This document shows, in pieces, positions 11,787 through 27,200 of a stretch of DNA of 64,000 nucleotides. A program made the position numbers and the translations under genes. The stretch lies in contig CP075497.1 of the NCBI GenBank assembly GCA_021613535.1, positions 13,702,001 to 13,766,000 on the forward strand, read 5' to 3'. Position 1 is the first letter of the stretch. Each line of letters opens with the position of its first letter. This DNA is from Adineta vaga (Eukaryota; Animalia; Rotifera). The notes under the pieces were generated by a model. It was not told the origin of the DNA. It was given only the letters and a program-made list of their open reading frames with translations, and ran no database searches.

Positions 11787-14700
11787 AGCATGTGAAGAGA
11801 GTTGACCTGTGACATATGCTTGATTGAGATCGTGTAGAAAGATGTCCATTGATGGAAAGTCAAACATTGCATGATGGAAGTTGAAGATAAGCAGATCTTT
11901 GTCCGACAAGAGACCATCAGATGAGATGTGATTGTGATAAACCAGATGACATCGAAAAACAAGTCCTTGAGCTAGATCAAACAGGTGAGGATTTCTCTTT
12001 TCTTCGAAGAGAATCTGTTGAAGTTGTTGATCGGTGTGATAGGTGCTGTTGCAGAAAGAGAAGTGTGGAGTGGGTGTTTTGAGTTGTTGCATGAGTTGCT
12101 GTGTGTGAGTGTCGAAGATGAGTGCTGTATGAAGGGATGGGTGTTTGTTGATGATGAGTTGGAGTGCAAGCGAAAGTTTGCTGGTTGAGAGAGAATGTTG
12201 AGGATGTAGACGATAGATGAATGGCATGTTGTAGATCGCCACTTGTGGATTGTCAGGATCGAAACGTACTTTTTCATCAAGCCAAATCCGTGCTTGCGCA
12301 TATGATGCTGGTGCTATAAGTTAGAAACTTGTGATCAACGGTAACTGATACGAAAGCGGATGGAGCTTATTTGAAAATTTGTTTATTGTTGGTCGGAGAT
12401 AAAGTGCAAGGGTTTGCGGTAGAGGAAAAGCGTATGTTTCAGACGGTTTAACGTAATTATGAAATTGGGAGAAGATGAGATGGAATGAATAGGACGCTCT
12501 GGATGCGGATAAGTTGGTATAAGAATTAAAAATCGCGAAAAATAATTATTGACTACTATTTTTTGAGAGTTTTTTGGGAACGACGAAGATAGAGTGTTAA
12601 AAAGTTGCAAATGATAAAAAGCGACGGGGAATTTTGAAAAATGATTAGAGCCAAGTGAAGTAGACTTGAGATCATAATCAAAAGGTTAAATTTTAATAAA
12701 AATGAGGCATTGGTTTCGATCAGTCTGTTTGTTCTTTCATGACTATGTTCAATTTGGATAGCTATGCAGAGTTTTTACCAAGTTGTGGATGTAGTTGTTT
12801 TGTCGGATTTTGATGTTTCATAGAGAGGTAGATGACAATATGCACGAACAACATTTATCGGGATCAATTCATTTGACACTCGACTGAATTAGTAATCTTT
12901 AGATGTCAAGATGAAAAATTGCTTGTTGTTTTCTAGGCATTCAGTCCCTGTAATAGCCACTAAGGTCAAACAATACGGACCGTGGTGTTAGTCCTGGGTA
13001 AGATCACCAAACTGTTCATAACACTTCCATATATACAGAGGAGGGTAGAGAACAGTTTGGTGGCTCCAAGGGGAGTGAAGGACAGAAGGTGACTGAGATT
13101 TAACTTAACTTCGATTAGGTTTTGTAGCGGGTAACTCCGCTAGTAGAAGATAGAATAATATTGAAGCGTGTCTTTCATAGAAAAACAAGAAACCTGTGTC
13201 CAAAAATCTTTCTTCAAGAATTATCTACACTTGTTTTCAGTCTAACGAAAACGAATTCGAAGAGCTTTGACTATAGTTCTTATTTATCGAGTGCTCCACG
13301 ATCGAAATCGCTGTCTGAATGGAATGCTAGACTACAAAGAACAGCTGTCGTCATATTTTCATGCTTACACATGTCTGTTTTTTCTCGACACAAGAATGAA
13401 TACCATGGAGTACACATAAGAGTATCTCCGAAACTGAACTTAAACCTGGTGGGCCTTTTACCTTTCAGTGCTATATGAAGAAACATACAAACGAACACGC
13501 AAATCACGTTTCTCATAAAACTCTCTTGTCAGTCGAGAGAATAAGTAAGAATAACTTTAATATCGATTATCGTTCAGCAGTGAGACTGTTTTTTCACATG
13601 CGTTTTTCGTTTATTTTCTGTTATACGTACTCTTTTTGATTTTTCTATGTATTACCGATCTTAAGTAAAAATTATACTAGAAAACAGCATACAGTAAAAG
13701 TAGGATTCTAAAAAACTCTACGCCATTCATTAGCATTTTATCAGATTCTAGAACTTCAGGAACTCGTTCTTTTCTCTCTGATATTAGTTCTAAAGAAAAT
13801 ATAGTAATGGATTCAGAGAGAAAAGATTTGTGGATACTAACTAATGAACCAGAGATGCGTAAATACAAATACAAACTGTACTGGACTTGATGTATATATT
13901 ATTTGTAAATGTGTACTCAGAAATCTATCCTATAGCTATTATTCATGTACTGTCATGCACTGATCCCACTTTGGATCTAAATCGTAGAATCGGTTGACTT
14001 GTACGCTCATGTATTGTTTCTACTTTACATCTGAAATCTAAAAATAGTTACCTTGTTCTAAAATGTTCAGTTAAAAATCAGGCCTGAATCAAAAAAAATC
14101 TATAAATATTGGTTCTCGTCTTCTGTTAAATATGGTGATCTACTTCGATGCTCCATCGTTCCATAAACTCAATCTGACATGAAATTCAAAATTCATAATT
14201 AACATTCTAACTAGAAATCGTTAGCGTGTATTGTAAAAAAACACCCAACTATCCTAGCGACTATCAAGAATTATCAAAATGTTTATTACATATCATCTTG
14301 CTCGATCCTGGTCGAGATGCTGTTCATCAGGTCTTCAAAGTATTTTTATTTTTTGCCATCTTGTTCGACTTGGACACAAACGCATCTATCAGTCAGTCTT
14401 TTCTCATCATATACCTAAGCTAGAGCCAGTACATGAGAATACATAAGATTACCTGGACGTACAAGCTAAACGATTCTAAGATATATACTCAAAGTATGGT
14501 CAGTACATAAGAAAATAGGCGAGTGCAGAGTGAACGAATCTGATATGGTTAAGTAAAAATAGTGTTGCACTATGTAGTATTTCTGGTATAAGAGTGACAC
14601 GTAAAGTACAGTGAAAGTTGTCCTCATATTTGCGCAGCCCTCTAATAAACTGACACTAGGACAATATAGCAGTCGACATTTATTATACGAACTGATTATT

Positions 14701-17700
14701 TATCGGACACTGCCTATACGGGAGTGGTAAAAGTAAGCATAGCTCTAAACGCAACCACATTTTTGTCTCTATATTTCTCATCTATATGAACCACGAGGAA
14801 TACCGATCAAGGCACGATAGTTGTAAATGATGATGCACGGAGAAATACAATAGTATCGTTTGCCGGTGCTGTATGCTAAGAAACTCACTGGAAAAAACCA
14901 AAAATATACGGTTTGGAATGCGGCAAATAAAGATATATACACAATCTTTATTTGTCGATCTGAACACAATTGCATAGACAAATCCTACGACTCTTAACTA
15001 CTGTATTTCATACTGATATTCCTCCTGCATTTAGCATTTGCATCATTTTCCTATGACCTCAATAGCTCTTCCACATGTACACTGTAAAAATATTGGTGTT
15101 TTACCGAGCTCATTAGGTTTCCTATACTTCCACCAATCGATTTTGATTTTAGTGAGATCGAGAAGGTTCGGCAGTGTTCAAAAAGTTCAGAATATTTTGA
15201 ATTGAACCACACATGGTTCGGTATGATCACTGAAGGTTTAGTGCAGTTTATTCGGAACGAATAATAAGTTGACAAATCCTTAAAAGCTTGACGAAATTTG
15301 TGCGAAACTCGTCGAGGTTTCGTATGTCAATTGGAGGTTCAGTCAATTCGATACCGATCGGCTTGCACTCTCGTAAAATTTGCACGAATCTTTAAAGGCT
15401 TCCAAAGTTCATAAAAATTTTAGCAACTTTATTACTAAAGTTGTGGTGGTTCTGTATATTATTTACTGGACCGTTGACAGCCCAATTACGTGTCTGAAGG
15501 TTCAACAACCTTCATGCGAAACCTTTTATCATCCGACTATTCATATGAAGGTTCTATTTATCTTCATATAACGAGTTTTGGTTTCGTACACTTCAACGTA
15601 GTTCGAAATAGCCTTTACGGAACCATCGATGGTTTCGTATTGTGGCTTAGGGTTCGGCGGATTTCATGCGAAACGACCGAAGAGTCTCGTTAATTCACTC
15701 ATGGTTTAGAAGAATTTATTCGAAACTGTCATGGGATTCGAACAGCGAGTAAAGGTTTGGTTCAGTTTTTCCGAAATTAACTATGGTTTCATATACTCAC
15801 CCATGGTCTAGCGAAACTATCAACGGTTTCTTCTCATCGCGCAAGGATTGGTACAGTTTCAGTCGAACTGTCTCTGCCTTTGGATATTGGTCGAAGATTT
15901 AAGAGAATTTAGGCTAAACTATCATGAGTTCTGTACGCTTACAAGTGGTTCAGTATAACTTTTTCGAAACGACTATCAACCTCGCAGAATGAGTGGAGGG
16001 TAGGCAAAACTTTTACTAAACCATTGACATCTGACACTAGTCCAGTTAACAAATGAGGAGGGCTCAGTGAAATATATGACTATTCATATGAGCGGATGTC
16101 CGCCATTCAATAGTCTGGCGAGCAGTTAGGTAAGTGATGGTTTGTCATAAATTACATCTTTTCTTCTTGACTGTTTAGAATCAATGTCAATAGGTTTTTG
16201 GATTGGTCAACGTCTACCCATGCCCTTAACAGTATTTGTCAGATTTGCAGGCGCCTTCGAAAAAAATCTTTGAAGAATGAATTATAAAGTGGCTGAATAC
16301 GGAGCCTCTAATATAATCATCAGAAAAGAGTATTCCACCAGACGAAAAGAAAGATCAATGCAGTGAAGGTTTCGCAGCTACAGGGTAGCACGAAACCTTT
16401 TTTGAGATAGATTCAGCGGGTTTTGTACGGCACCACTGGTGCGGAACCTTTGCTACGGAATCTCTGTTCTGAATTTTTCTGCTAAGGTTCTATCCGAAGC
16501 CTTCATTCGATCAAAACGAAAAACGATTTTTCCGTGTATCTGAGGGAAAATTCTTTTCTTTTTACAGTGTATATATTCCTTTTTTTTTCTTTAGTTGATT
16601 ACTTCTACTGATCCAAATTATTACCTTCGTTTATCACCTCACATTGTCGACTAAATAAAACATCATCAACTTCCCTTCTTTCTTCTGGTAAAACAATCTC
16701 AAATGCTGATATTGGAATCTCATATCCATTCTGCACCATCACTATGTCTTCTTCCGAAGAAAACACTTGTTCGAAGACATACTGAAATCGCACACCTATC
16801 TCTCGAACTGTGCTCTCATTAAATAAGTCAGAGACTGCAGTCAATGCACACGAAAGTTGACCATCTTTCGATGTTGTTGGATCATAGATGAAACGGAGTG
16901 AAAAGTCAAATTTAGCCACTTCAAATGAGTCATCTAGTGAGACATTCACCAGTCGTGCTTCGTCCAGGTTCAGTTCATTGACAGCAGATGAATCAGTGAG
17001 AAGAAAATCAAGCATTGTTTCAACAAGTGAAATATTAGAGTGATTGACATGACGAAGATCAGCGAGAAGATGCTGAAGTGGATAATGAGAATGCGGAAAA
17101 ATTGATAGACATTTGCATCGAACTTGTTGAGCAAGTTCATGAAATGACCAATGTGGATCAAGTTGAAGACGACAAGGTAATGTCGACACAAACATACCAA
17201 TCATCTGCTGTAATTCGGACCTATACCGATTCGCATTGATCGTAGCAATATACAGATCTGTTTCAAGATGAGATAATCGAAAAAGAAATAGATAGAATGT
17301 CGCTAAGGCAAGTTGAAAGAGTGTAAGATGATGATTGGATGCATAGTTGACAAATGCTGAACATGATTGCTGATCAAATGTAAGTGAAACAAACGATGCT
17401 GAGCCAGATCGTTGATTAATAGTTGATGATGCACGCTGTCTATCAGCAACTAAAAGCAGAGGATGAACTTGATGAAAAGTCAATCCATGTAGTTGTGAAC
17501 ACCAGAATCTCTGAGATAGAGTCATGTCGATGAGATGCTCATGAACTGAATAATCAATATATTGAAATGTTTCATCATCACCATCATCATTCAAGGTCAA
17601 AGAAGAAGTGTTGCTTTTTGAATAAGCGAGCGATAGATCACGAATGAAGATTGATGTTGAAGTGCCATCAAAGAATGCATGATGAATAGTGAACAAGATG

Positions 17701-20700
17701 AAATCGTTGACATTCAATAGATCATCATTATCAAAAGTGTCTGTTGATGAACGAGAACGGAGAACATGACAATTAATCACATGTCCATCGGATAAGTCAA
17801 ATAAGTTCGGTTGACTGATAATCTTCTTGATACTTTCATTTTCTCCACCATGAAGATCGATCATCGACAATCTACATGATTTCATATGGGAATAGTTCTG
17901 CACTAGAATTCCGTTCGTATTGAGATGAAGTGCAGTTCGAAGAATATGATGTTTTGCAATGACGTGTTGGAATGCATGATGTAATCGAGAGAACGATATG
18001 GGATGATTGAGAGATGAAATACGATATAAGAGTGGAATAGCATACATATTGTGATTGTTTGTTGGTGATGAGAAATGGATGTGATCATCCAAGAAAATAC
18101 GTTCTTGTGCATAGGATGCCTTTGCTAGAAAAAAGAGAAGAGTTATTTGTCGATAGTGTCTTAGGGTATGAAGTTTCTTACCTTCCGTCAGATGAAGTGA
18201 AAACCAAGTGGAATCATCTGTTGTGTGTGACATGTCGAGATTCTGTTGAATGGCCTGAGCATGATGAAAAATAGTTGGGTTTTGAAAAAGATCGGTGATA
18301 GAAAGTGATGAAGTTGAATGAAAATGAAATTCGGTTTTATATCGATGAAAGAGTTGTATCATCAGAAGAGAATGAGCACCGACTGAGAACAGATTGGTAT
18401 GGAGGGAGATGTTTTCCTGGTGAAACAAATCACAACAGATGCGATGAATGGCGATCTCAGTGCTAGTAGTCGGTAATTGTAGTTCACTATCACTATGAAT
18501 TTGTATAGGAGAAAGATGAGAAGAAGGAAGACTTTTTCGATCAATTTTGCCGTTCGCATTCAATGGAAATCTGTCAAGAATAATGAATATCGACGGAATC
18601 ATATGTGGTGGAAGATGTGATTGACAATGATCACGAAGTTGTTGTTCATTCACAGATGAACTTTGGACATATGCAATCAGATAATCATCGTGCCATTTCA
18701 TCACAACACAAGCTGAGATCGACGAAATGAAGAAAAGACATTGTTCGATTTCACCCAGTTCAATACGTTGACCATGCACTTTCACTTGATGATCTTTTCG
18801 TCCTCGGTAATGAAGAAGACCATTGCCATCCATATGAACGAGATCTCCTGTTCGGTAGAACAACTCATCATCCACATAAATCAGTGCTTTTGCACTCAGA
18901 TCATCACGATGAAGATAGCCAGCGAAGACACCAGCACCACCAACGAACAATTCACCTTCTTCATTCACAATGACTGATTGATGGAATTCATCGAATACCA
19001 AACATTGATATTGAGGAAGTGGTGAACCAATGGGAACAGTAGTGTAGTCTGTCATTGTGTTCAAAGAATATATCGTACTACCAATGGTTACCTCGGCTGG
19101 ACCGTAGAGATTACATACGTCATGGTTCGATTTTTCGAATTTTCTTAGGATGTCCACTAGTTTCACAACAAAAGGTTCACCTATGAAATAAGGATACGGT
19201 CGCGTATGCAAAAAACCAATACAGATTTTCTCACTTACCGCCACTCCATAGTGAGCGTAGATGGAATGAAACGTCGTTTCTTTTGACGTACTCATCAACA
19301 TACTTGAAGAAATCAAACAGTAAACTTGGTACCGAATGCATGTAGGTGATTTGTTTTTCTTGCAAGATTTTCGCTAAGTAATCAAAATCGAGTGCACCAT
19401 GTGGATGAAGCATGACTAACGTTCCTCCAATCATCAGAATGCCAAGAATTTCTTGAACATGAATATCAAATGAGCACCGTGCCATCTGCAAAACAATATC
19501 AATGTTATTGAATGAAATGATGCTAGTCAGCGATTGAATATAGTTAACGAAATTCCGTTGACGAACTTGAGCCTAAATACCAAATAATCATACTAACATA
19601 CTCATAAAAACAAAGAAAAATAACCAACCGCTTTAGGTATTCCAGTTGATCCACTTGTAAAGATGATGTAGGCGATGTTCTCTGATGAGATCGTCACATT
19701 CGATAGTTTGTGAACACCAATATCATCTTTGCTGGAATAGTCATTCATCAAGATCTCATCAATATTCACAGACAGTTCACCACTCTCGATGCCAACAAAC
19801 TTGTCTGATGTCAGCCAATGAACAAGAACAAGTCGACTGTGTGTTTGTTTAACAAGTGATTGCAAACGATGCTGAGGATCTCGAGGTGACAACGGACAGT
19901 ATACACCGCCTACCATTTCGATCGCCATCATACCAATCACCTACAAATCAATCACATCCTTTTTCTTCGATCCACTCTCCGATATCACAATCACTCACCA
20001 TTGTCATACTTCTTTCCACACATTGACAAATAATATCACCCACCACAATACACTTCTCTTCAACAAAATGTAATGACACCATCTGAACAGAATGCAACAA
20101 CTCTGCATATGTCAACGATTGTTCATCGAGTTCAACTGCCACTTTCTGTGGATGTGTCATGACTCGTTCGATGAATGCATGAGGAATACACTGATCACTA
20201 AGAGCAAGAGGAGCATCGGAGAATGGTGTCAGTTGTGTGTTGTTCTGTGCTTGCAGAAGAAGTCGATCATGAGGTAAAGACAGTGATAATTGAGGGATGG
20301 ATATGTCTAGTAGAGATGAGTGCCATTGGAAGATGAAAACAGCCGATGTAACATGAGATGGAATCGTTGAGCTATTGTTTGAATCGTTTCACAAGTGAAG
20401 AGGTCAAGAGATGCATTGAGGGTGCAAGAAAAGTGATTTGTCGTTGGATCATGCATGAAACTAGCTGTGAAATCAGCTTCACTTGTACACATATCGAGTG
20501 ACGGAGATATCAGCAAAAGTCGACTATTTCCAATCGCTGTTTCATGCTGATCCGTTGCATCAACGAGAGAAGTGATGAACTCAAATGAGGTGTCGAGGAA
20601 TGAAGGGTGTGAAAGATGAGGATGTTGATTGAGAATGTGTTGAAGTGGATAATAGGAGTATTTCAATGAGTTTGTTGCTCTTTCACATACGTGATGGATA

Positions 20701-21206
20701 AGTTGAGTCAATGACCAATGAACATCTAGTTGACATCGAAGTGGAATGGCATTGGCGAACATTCCAATGATTGAATTGAGTTCTGGTCGATATCGACCAT
20801 GGACATTCGTTCCAATGCAAAGATCGTGTTGTCCATTGGTGATTTTGAAGAGGAAAAGAAAATAGAATGAAAGAATGAGATGTTCAAGCGAGATTTGATT
20901 TGTTGATGCATAGATGAGAAGTTGATAGGAGAGATGTGAGTCGAAATCAAAAGTGAGAGATGTTCCACGACCACTTCGATGTTCATTGGAAAGGCGATGT
21001 CGATCGTAGGGCAACGCCAGTGGTTGATGAAGTTGACAATGATGAAGTGTGTCAAGCCAGAAAAGACGTGCACCGGTCATTGACATTTGCTGTTCGATGA
21101 CGGCATCTAGGAAGGAGAAATGTGGGGAAAGAAAATGAGCAAAGGAATAGAAGAGAGTGATATTTACAATCGAGATAACGAAGAGTAGTAGTAGTAGTAG
21201 TATCAT

Positions 21207-21247
<41 letters not shown>

Positions 21248-24200
21248 TGTGAAGAGAGTTGACCTGTGACATATGCTTGATTGAGATCGTGTAGAAAGAT
21301 GTCCATTGATGGAAAGTCAAACATTGCATGATGGAAGTTGAAGATAAGCAGATCTTTGTCCGACAAGAGACCATCAGATGAGATGTGATTGTGATAAACC
21401 AGATGACATCGAAAAACAAGTCCTTGAGCTAGATCAAACAGGTGAGGATTTCTCTTTTCTTCGAAGAGAATCTGTTGAAGTTGTTGATCGGTGTGATAGG
21501 TGCTGTTGCAGAAAGAGAAGTGTGGAGTGGGTGTTTTGAGTTGTTGCATGAGTTGCTGTGTGTGAGTGTCGAAGATGAGTGCTGTATGAAGGGATGGGTG
21601 TTTGTTGATGATGAGTTGGAGTGCAAGCGAAAGTTTGCTGGTTGAGAGAGAATGTTGAGGATGTAGACGATAGATGAATGGCATGTTGTAGATCGCCACT
21701 TGTGGATTGTCAGGATCGAAACGTACTTTTTCATCAAGCCAAATCCGTGCTTGCGCATATGATGCTGGTGCTATTTCGAAAGGGAGAGCTATCATAGTAA
21801 TGGAATGTGTTGCACTACTTTCGATGTAGATAAGGAAGGGCATCCACACTTTAACATTCTAATTAGTTAAAAGTATGTGTAGCAGTTTTTGTGTCATGTT
21901 TGTCTATGAGGTTAACTTTCATACTTTTGTAATGGAATCATTCTGGTTGCATAAGTAGCCATTTTGTAGAAAAGTTAATACCGAACAATTTTATCAATGC
22001 AGATGTTGCAGAATTTTCGGTGAAGAGATAGGTATAGGAGAGAGATATACCTATATCCCTATATTTATGTACCTCGATACTAGAACATGCATGTTGCTCT
22101 TGAAAAGCATCTCTTCAAATAATTCAAAAGTTACTTTAGGAATAAAGATGCAGACAAATTTGAATCTTACAAAGTTTAATTGTTGATGAGCTCAATTATT
22201 AAATATATTTTTTTATATTTTTGTGGACGCGAAACATTTACAATTTTGTTCAATTAATGCTGTATTTATTAGCAGTTTCAGCAGTAAATACTTCAAGGTA
22301 TCAATGTAAAAATATTTTTCAAAAATCTCCGATACTTGAATCTAGTATAAAAACGTTCATATAAGTGTTACTTTCACTGACATAGATATGGGGAGGTCTG
22401 AGGGTTACTATAATTGACAAACATTTGATATCTTCATCGCCATTCGACAGAATAAAATATTCTTTTTCGAAAAGTGAGGGTATATTCATACTCTCGATTT
22501 GTACGAACGAAATTATTAAAAATGTTTCCTAAGTATCACTATTGGCTGACACAAAAAAGTTTTGTTACTTCGATAGAAGAAGAGAAGCAACCTATTTGTC
22601 TATATTCTATACTATACCGGCCAAATCAGTTTAATAGAGACGTAACACTGTACAATTTCAATATATATATATATACTAGCGGGCGCTCCCGATGGTGGTC
22701 CAGAACCCTCGTAACTGAAAATGTCATATCTAAGAAAATCACAGTAAATGCAGGAAGGATTGTGCTTAAATTTTCCATCTGTCACGACTGCGTATCCCGC
22801 CACGTATTTCTGAGATAGAACAACTTATATTATATAGTATCCCAATATATTGTCTTCCCTACAGTTCTCGATGCAAAATCTCTTCTTTTTGTAACTGTTC
22901 ACACTAAAAAACCGTTTTTTAACTACTCCTGCTTCAAAATGCATTTTTCTTACAGATTATTCTGCCACTCTCTCAACTTCACTTTACACCTAAAAATCTT
23001 AGACTTACGACTAAAACTTCATCTATCGTGAACGCACATATGTTCACAATAAAGCTCGATAATCCAACGAATATTGTGTCGGGACGAGTGTCTTATTCCG
23101 GACTCACTCTTGCTTCCGTGTAACAGAATCAGATCAGTGCAAAAATGTAGTTACAGATGGACACTATAAAGATTGATCTAACGATTTTTTTTAAATTGTG
23201 TTAAAGTTCACCCACCTTCCATCTTCCATTATCTCTCAACTTTTTCCTATACACACGAAAGTGTCATAGACAGTTTGATCGCCTTAACTATGACATAACC
23301 ATCTGAGTGAAATTTCATCCAAACACTCCTCTTTTGATCCCTCTCTCTTGCCGTCCGTTGAGAATGTTAACCTTCGCTGAATTTATGAAAGTACCTATAA
23401 AAATTTAGTGACGGCACCTGTAATGGGAACCAAATTAATCGTATCAGAGGATGTGGGTGAAATTTTACCTACATCCCCTATATCCTCATCCACGGTAATT
23501 GTAGCTATTAGAGAGACTGAACGCATAGCAAACAAACAAACAAACAAAGTTTCTTCTTTATATATATTTATAGATCTGTAACAAACTTACTAAAATCCTG
23601 TCCTGAGAAGCTGTTGTTAAAATATTATCGTAAGTGGCGTGATAGTGGCAGCGTCAAGTAGAGGCTGAGAGACCTGAACCCTCATCCTCCGAAAATTGTT
23701 TGAAATCCTTCAGATTGTTAAGTCTTTGGTGAAATCTGATGACAAGGTTAAAAACACGATCTTACGACTGGGTCCCCCTCCCAGAATTTTTTGAAAGGGC
23801 CTGGTATCTCTCTAGGATGAGAATCCTAGCACCGCTTCTACTCACAGCTATATTTATTTACCTTCTATACCTACTGGTGTTTTATTTCTGTCAAATACTC
23901 ATTAATTATTTTTCTTAAGAAACTATTGAACCATAAGCAGAAAACAGAGTTACATACCATTTTCGATGATGTTCGTTAAATGAACAAATTTGATATTGTT
24001 TATTTCTTCAGATTCTTCAGAAAGAATCAATGATAACTCTCTGATAGGCTTCGTAAATGAATTCGCTTGCATCCTATTTGAATTTGTCGAAAATAATTGT
24101 GACGAAAAGTATTGAAATCGACGAGTCATTATTTGAACCGTTTCTTCATCACATTGATCATGGCAACAAAGAAAAAAACACGATAATCGGTTGTCATCAG

Positions 24201-27200
24201 ATGACGGGTTGTAAACAAATGTTACTAATAAGTCAAACTTATTTGCATCCTTTGATTGGTTTATAGTTTTTCGTTCCAAATTAATGTCACCCAATGTAAA
24301 ATGGTCTACTTCCGAAGATATTGTAAGAAAATTAAATATTACCCGAAGAAATAGAGCATTGGATTGATTCAAATGGAAATCAGTTAGAACATGTTGAAGC
24401 GGATAATGAGAATGTTCAAATATTGATACACACTTCTCCTGTACATGTTTAACAAACTCATCAAATGACAAATAAGGATTGATTTGCACACGATAGGGTA
24501 ATGTCGATACAAACATACCAATAAGATCCTGTAACTCATTTCGATATCGATTCGCATTAATACAGGAAATACACAAATCGTTTTGGCCAGATGTTAACTT
24601 GAATAAAAAAGTATAAAAAATAGTTAATCCAAGTTGAAATGGTGTGAGATGATTTGATGAAGCATATTTAAAAAAGTTCGTCAAGATCTCATCATCGAAA
24701 GATATACAGGTGGCAGAGGTAGTAGTATATCGTTGATCAGTTAATAGACAATGTCTGTCTTTTGGTAACGATAATGGACAATTTAAATCATAGTTTTCCA
24801 GCTGTTTCATCCAGAAATTCCGTGACGATGTCATATTCATTTGACGTTCATAGATAGAATAGTCAATATAGTGTAATCTATTTTCATTTTCAGGCAATAA
24901 AGAATTATTATTGTAAGCAATAGAAAGATCACGAATAAATATTGGTATTGATGTTCCATCAAATGCGGAATGATGAATACTAAATATTATTACATCATCT
25001 TTAGATAAAAAATCATCATTCGGAAGCGAAGAATGTCTAAGGTAAAAATGACGAAGAATATGACAATTAATAACATGTCCTTTTGATAAGTCAAATAAAT
25101 CCGGTTGACTGAATATATCATGTATCGTTTCATTCAGATCATAATCATCGACAACATTTATTACTGAAAAATTATGTGTTTTTGTTTCATCATTAATCAT
25201 ATTTGAATTCAAGCAATGTTGTATAATATCTCCACTACTATCGAGATAAAGCGAGGTGCGAAGAATGCTATGTTTCATAATAACCAAGCGAAATGCACGA
25301 TGTAATCGATTTATAGATAGACGATTGTTAACAGATGATATACGATAAAGTAATGGAATTAAATAAACATTGTTATTATTTATTGATGAAAAAGGAATTT
25401 GTTCATCTAAAAAGATTCGTTCTTGCGCAAATGATGCTCGAGCTATAGCAAAGAATGCAAATATGATATTTTACAATAGATTTTTGCTAATTTGATTTTA
25501 CCTTGAAGAAGATGTAATGGATGCCAAATATCTTCTACATATGGTTTCATATCAGTACTATCATAAATAAATTGTGAATGCCCAATAATTGTTGGATGTT
25601 GGAATATGGTACTCATTGGAACAGATTTGCTTTTTATATTAAATATTTTCCTATACTGACGATAAAGTTGCATAAGTATAAGTGAATGTCCACCCATGCT
25701 AAATATGTTTGTATCAATTGAAATTTCATCTTTTTCTAAAACATTGCACCATATCTTATGAATAGTCTTTTCAATTTCATTTCTGGGTGATAATATTTTT
25801 ACTTCATTTTGATGATGTGCAGTTGAAAGATGAGAAAAATCAGGTTGAGGAAGAAGGTTGCGATCTATTTTTCCATTTACATTCAAAGGTAATCTATCAA
25901 GAATAATAAATAATGATGGAATCATGTGCGGTGGTAAATTAACTTGACAATGTTTACGCAATTGACTTTCAGTCAAATTTGAACTTTGAACATACGCAAG
26001 TAAATGATCATCCTTCCATTTCACAACAACACACGCAGATATTGTTGTATTCAATAAACACCGTTCTATTTCTCCCAGCTCAATTCTTTGTCCACGTAAT
26101 TTGATTTGAAAATCTTTTCTTCCTTGATAATGAAGTAAACCGTTTTGATCAATTCGAACAAGATCACCTGTTCGATAAAATAATTCATTGTTAATGTAAA
26201 ATAATGCTTTTGCTGTTAAATCATCACGTTTAAAGTAACCAGTGAATACACCAACTCCTCCTATGTATAATTCACCCTCTTGTCCAATTATAACTGATTG
26301 TAAATATTCGTCCAAAATTAAACGTTCATAATTAGAAAAAGGTCTACCAATCGGAATACTACTTGAATCAGAAACTATATCAGTTAAATAAAATGTACTG
26401 CCAACTGCTACTTCAGCTGGACCATAAAAATTCCAGATATGGCATGTTTTTTCTACATGTGATCGCAATGACTTGATTAGTACTGATGGAACAGGTTCAC
26501 CTATGGTTTTGAAACAGAAATACTATTTTCGTTTTTGTTCGCTTGTCCATAGCACTTACCAACACAACAAATATTTCGCATTGCTGCCCAAGGAGAATAG
26601 CTGTTTTTCTTAACATGCGTAATTAAAGAATTAAGAAAAGAAGGAACTGTTTGCAGAAATGTAATTTGTTTATCTTGTAAAACATAGTCGAAGTATGTTA
26701 AATCCATATTACCATCAGGATGTAACATAATAATCGTAGATCCGCAAATTAGAGCAGATAGAATTTCACATAAATGAGCATCAAACGTTGAGTTAGAAAG
26801 TTGGACAATAGTATCATTTGTGTTCAATGCGCTAATCTCGACTAACGAATACACATAGTTCACAAAACTTTCATGTTTCACTTGAATCTAAAAAAGAAAA
26901 TATAAAATTTCAAACATGAATGAAAAAACAATTCGCAAGATACCGCTTTAGAAGTGCCAGTCGAGCCACTTGTAAATATGATATAAGCTATACTATCACA
27001 GGTACTTAATATATTAGATAATTGATTAATATTCGTAGGATTGATTTTCTCTTTATTAATCAATGTGGTATCAATATCTAACGTAATAATATCATTATGA
27101 AATATGTTCTTAGTTGAATGGTCAGTAAGAACCAAACGACTTTGAGCTTGTAGTACAAGTGTTGATAAACGGTGCTTTGGATCTCGAATCGATAATGGAC

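Noticed and set aside
11653-11962. Poly-Leu/poly-Met hydrophobic N-termini of ORFs 10484-11962, 20307-21419 and 35175-36644
   Set aside because: An alternative-frame reading of the microsatellite plus the 61-nt intron; the spliced frame gives the Ala/Asp/Thr loop.
15200-16520. CRISPR-like or regular tandem array
   Set aside because: The motifs are short, degenerate and irregularly spaced, and lie within a TIR-bounded element.
23630-23840. Possible small GC-richer MITE
   Set aside because: The terminal complementarity is too weak to define ends or a TSD.
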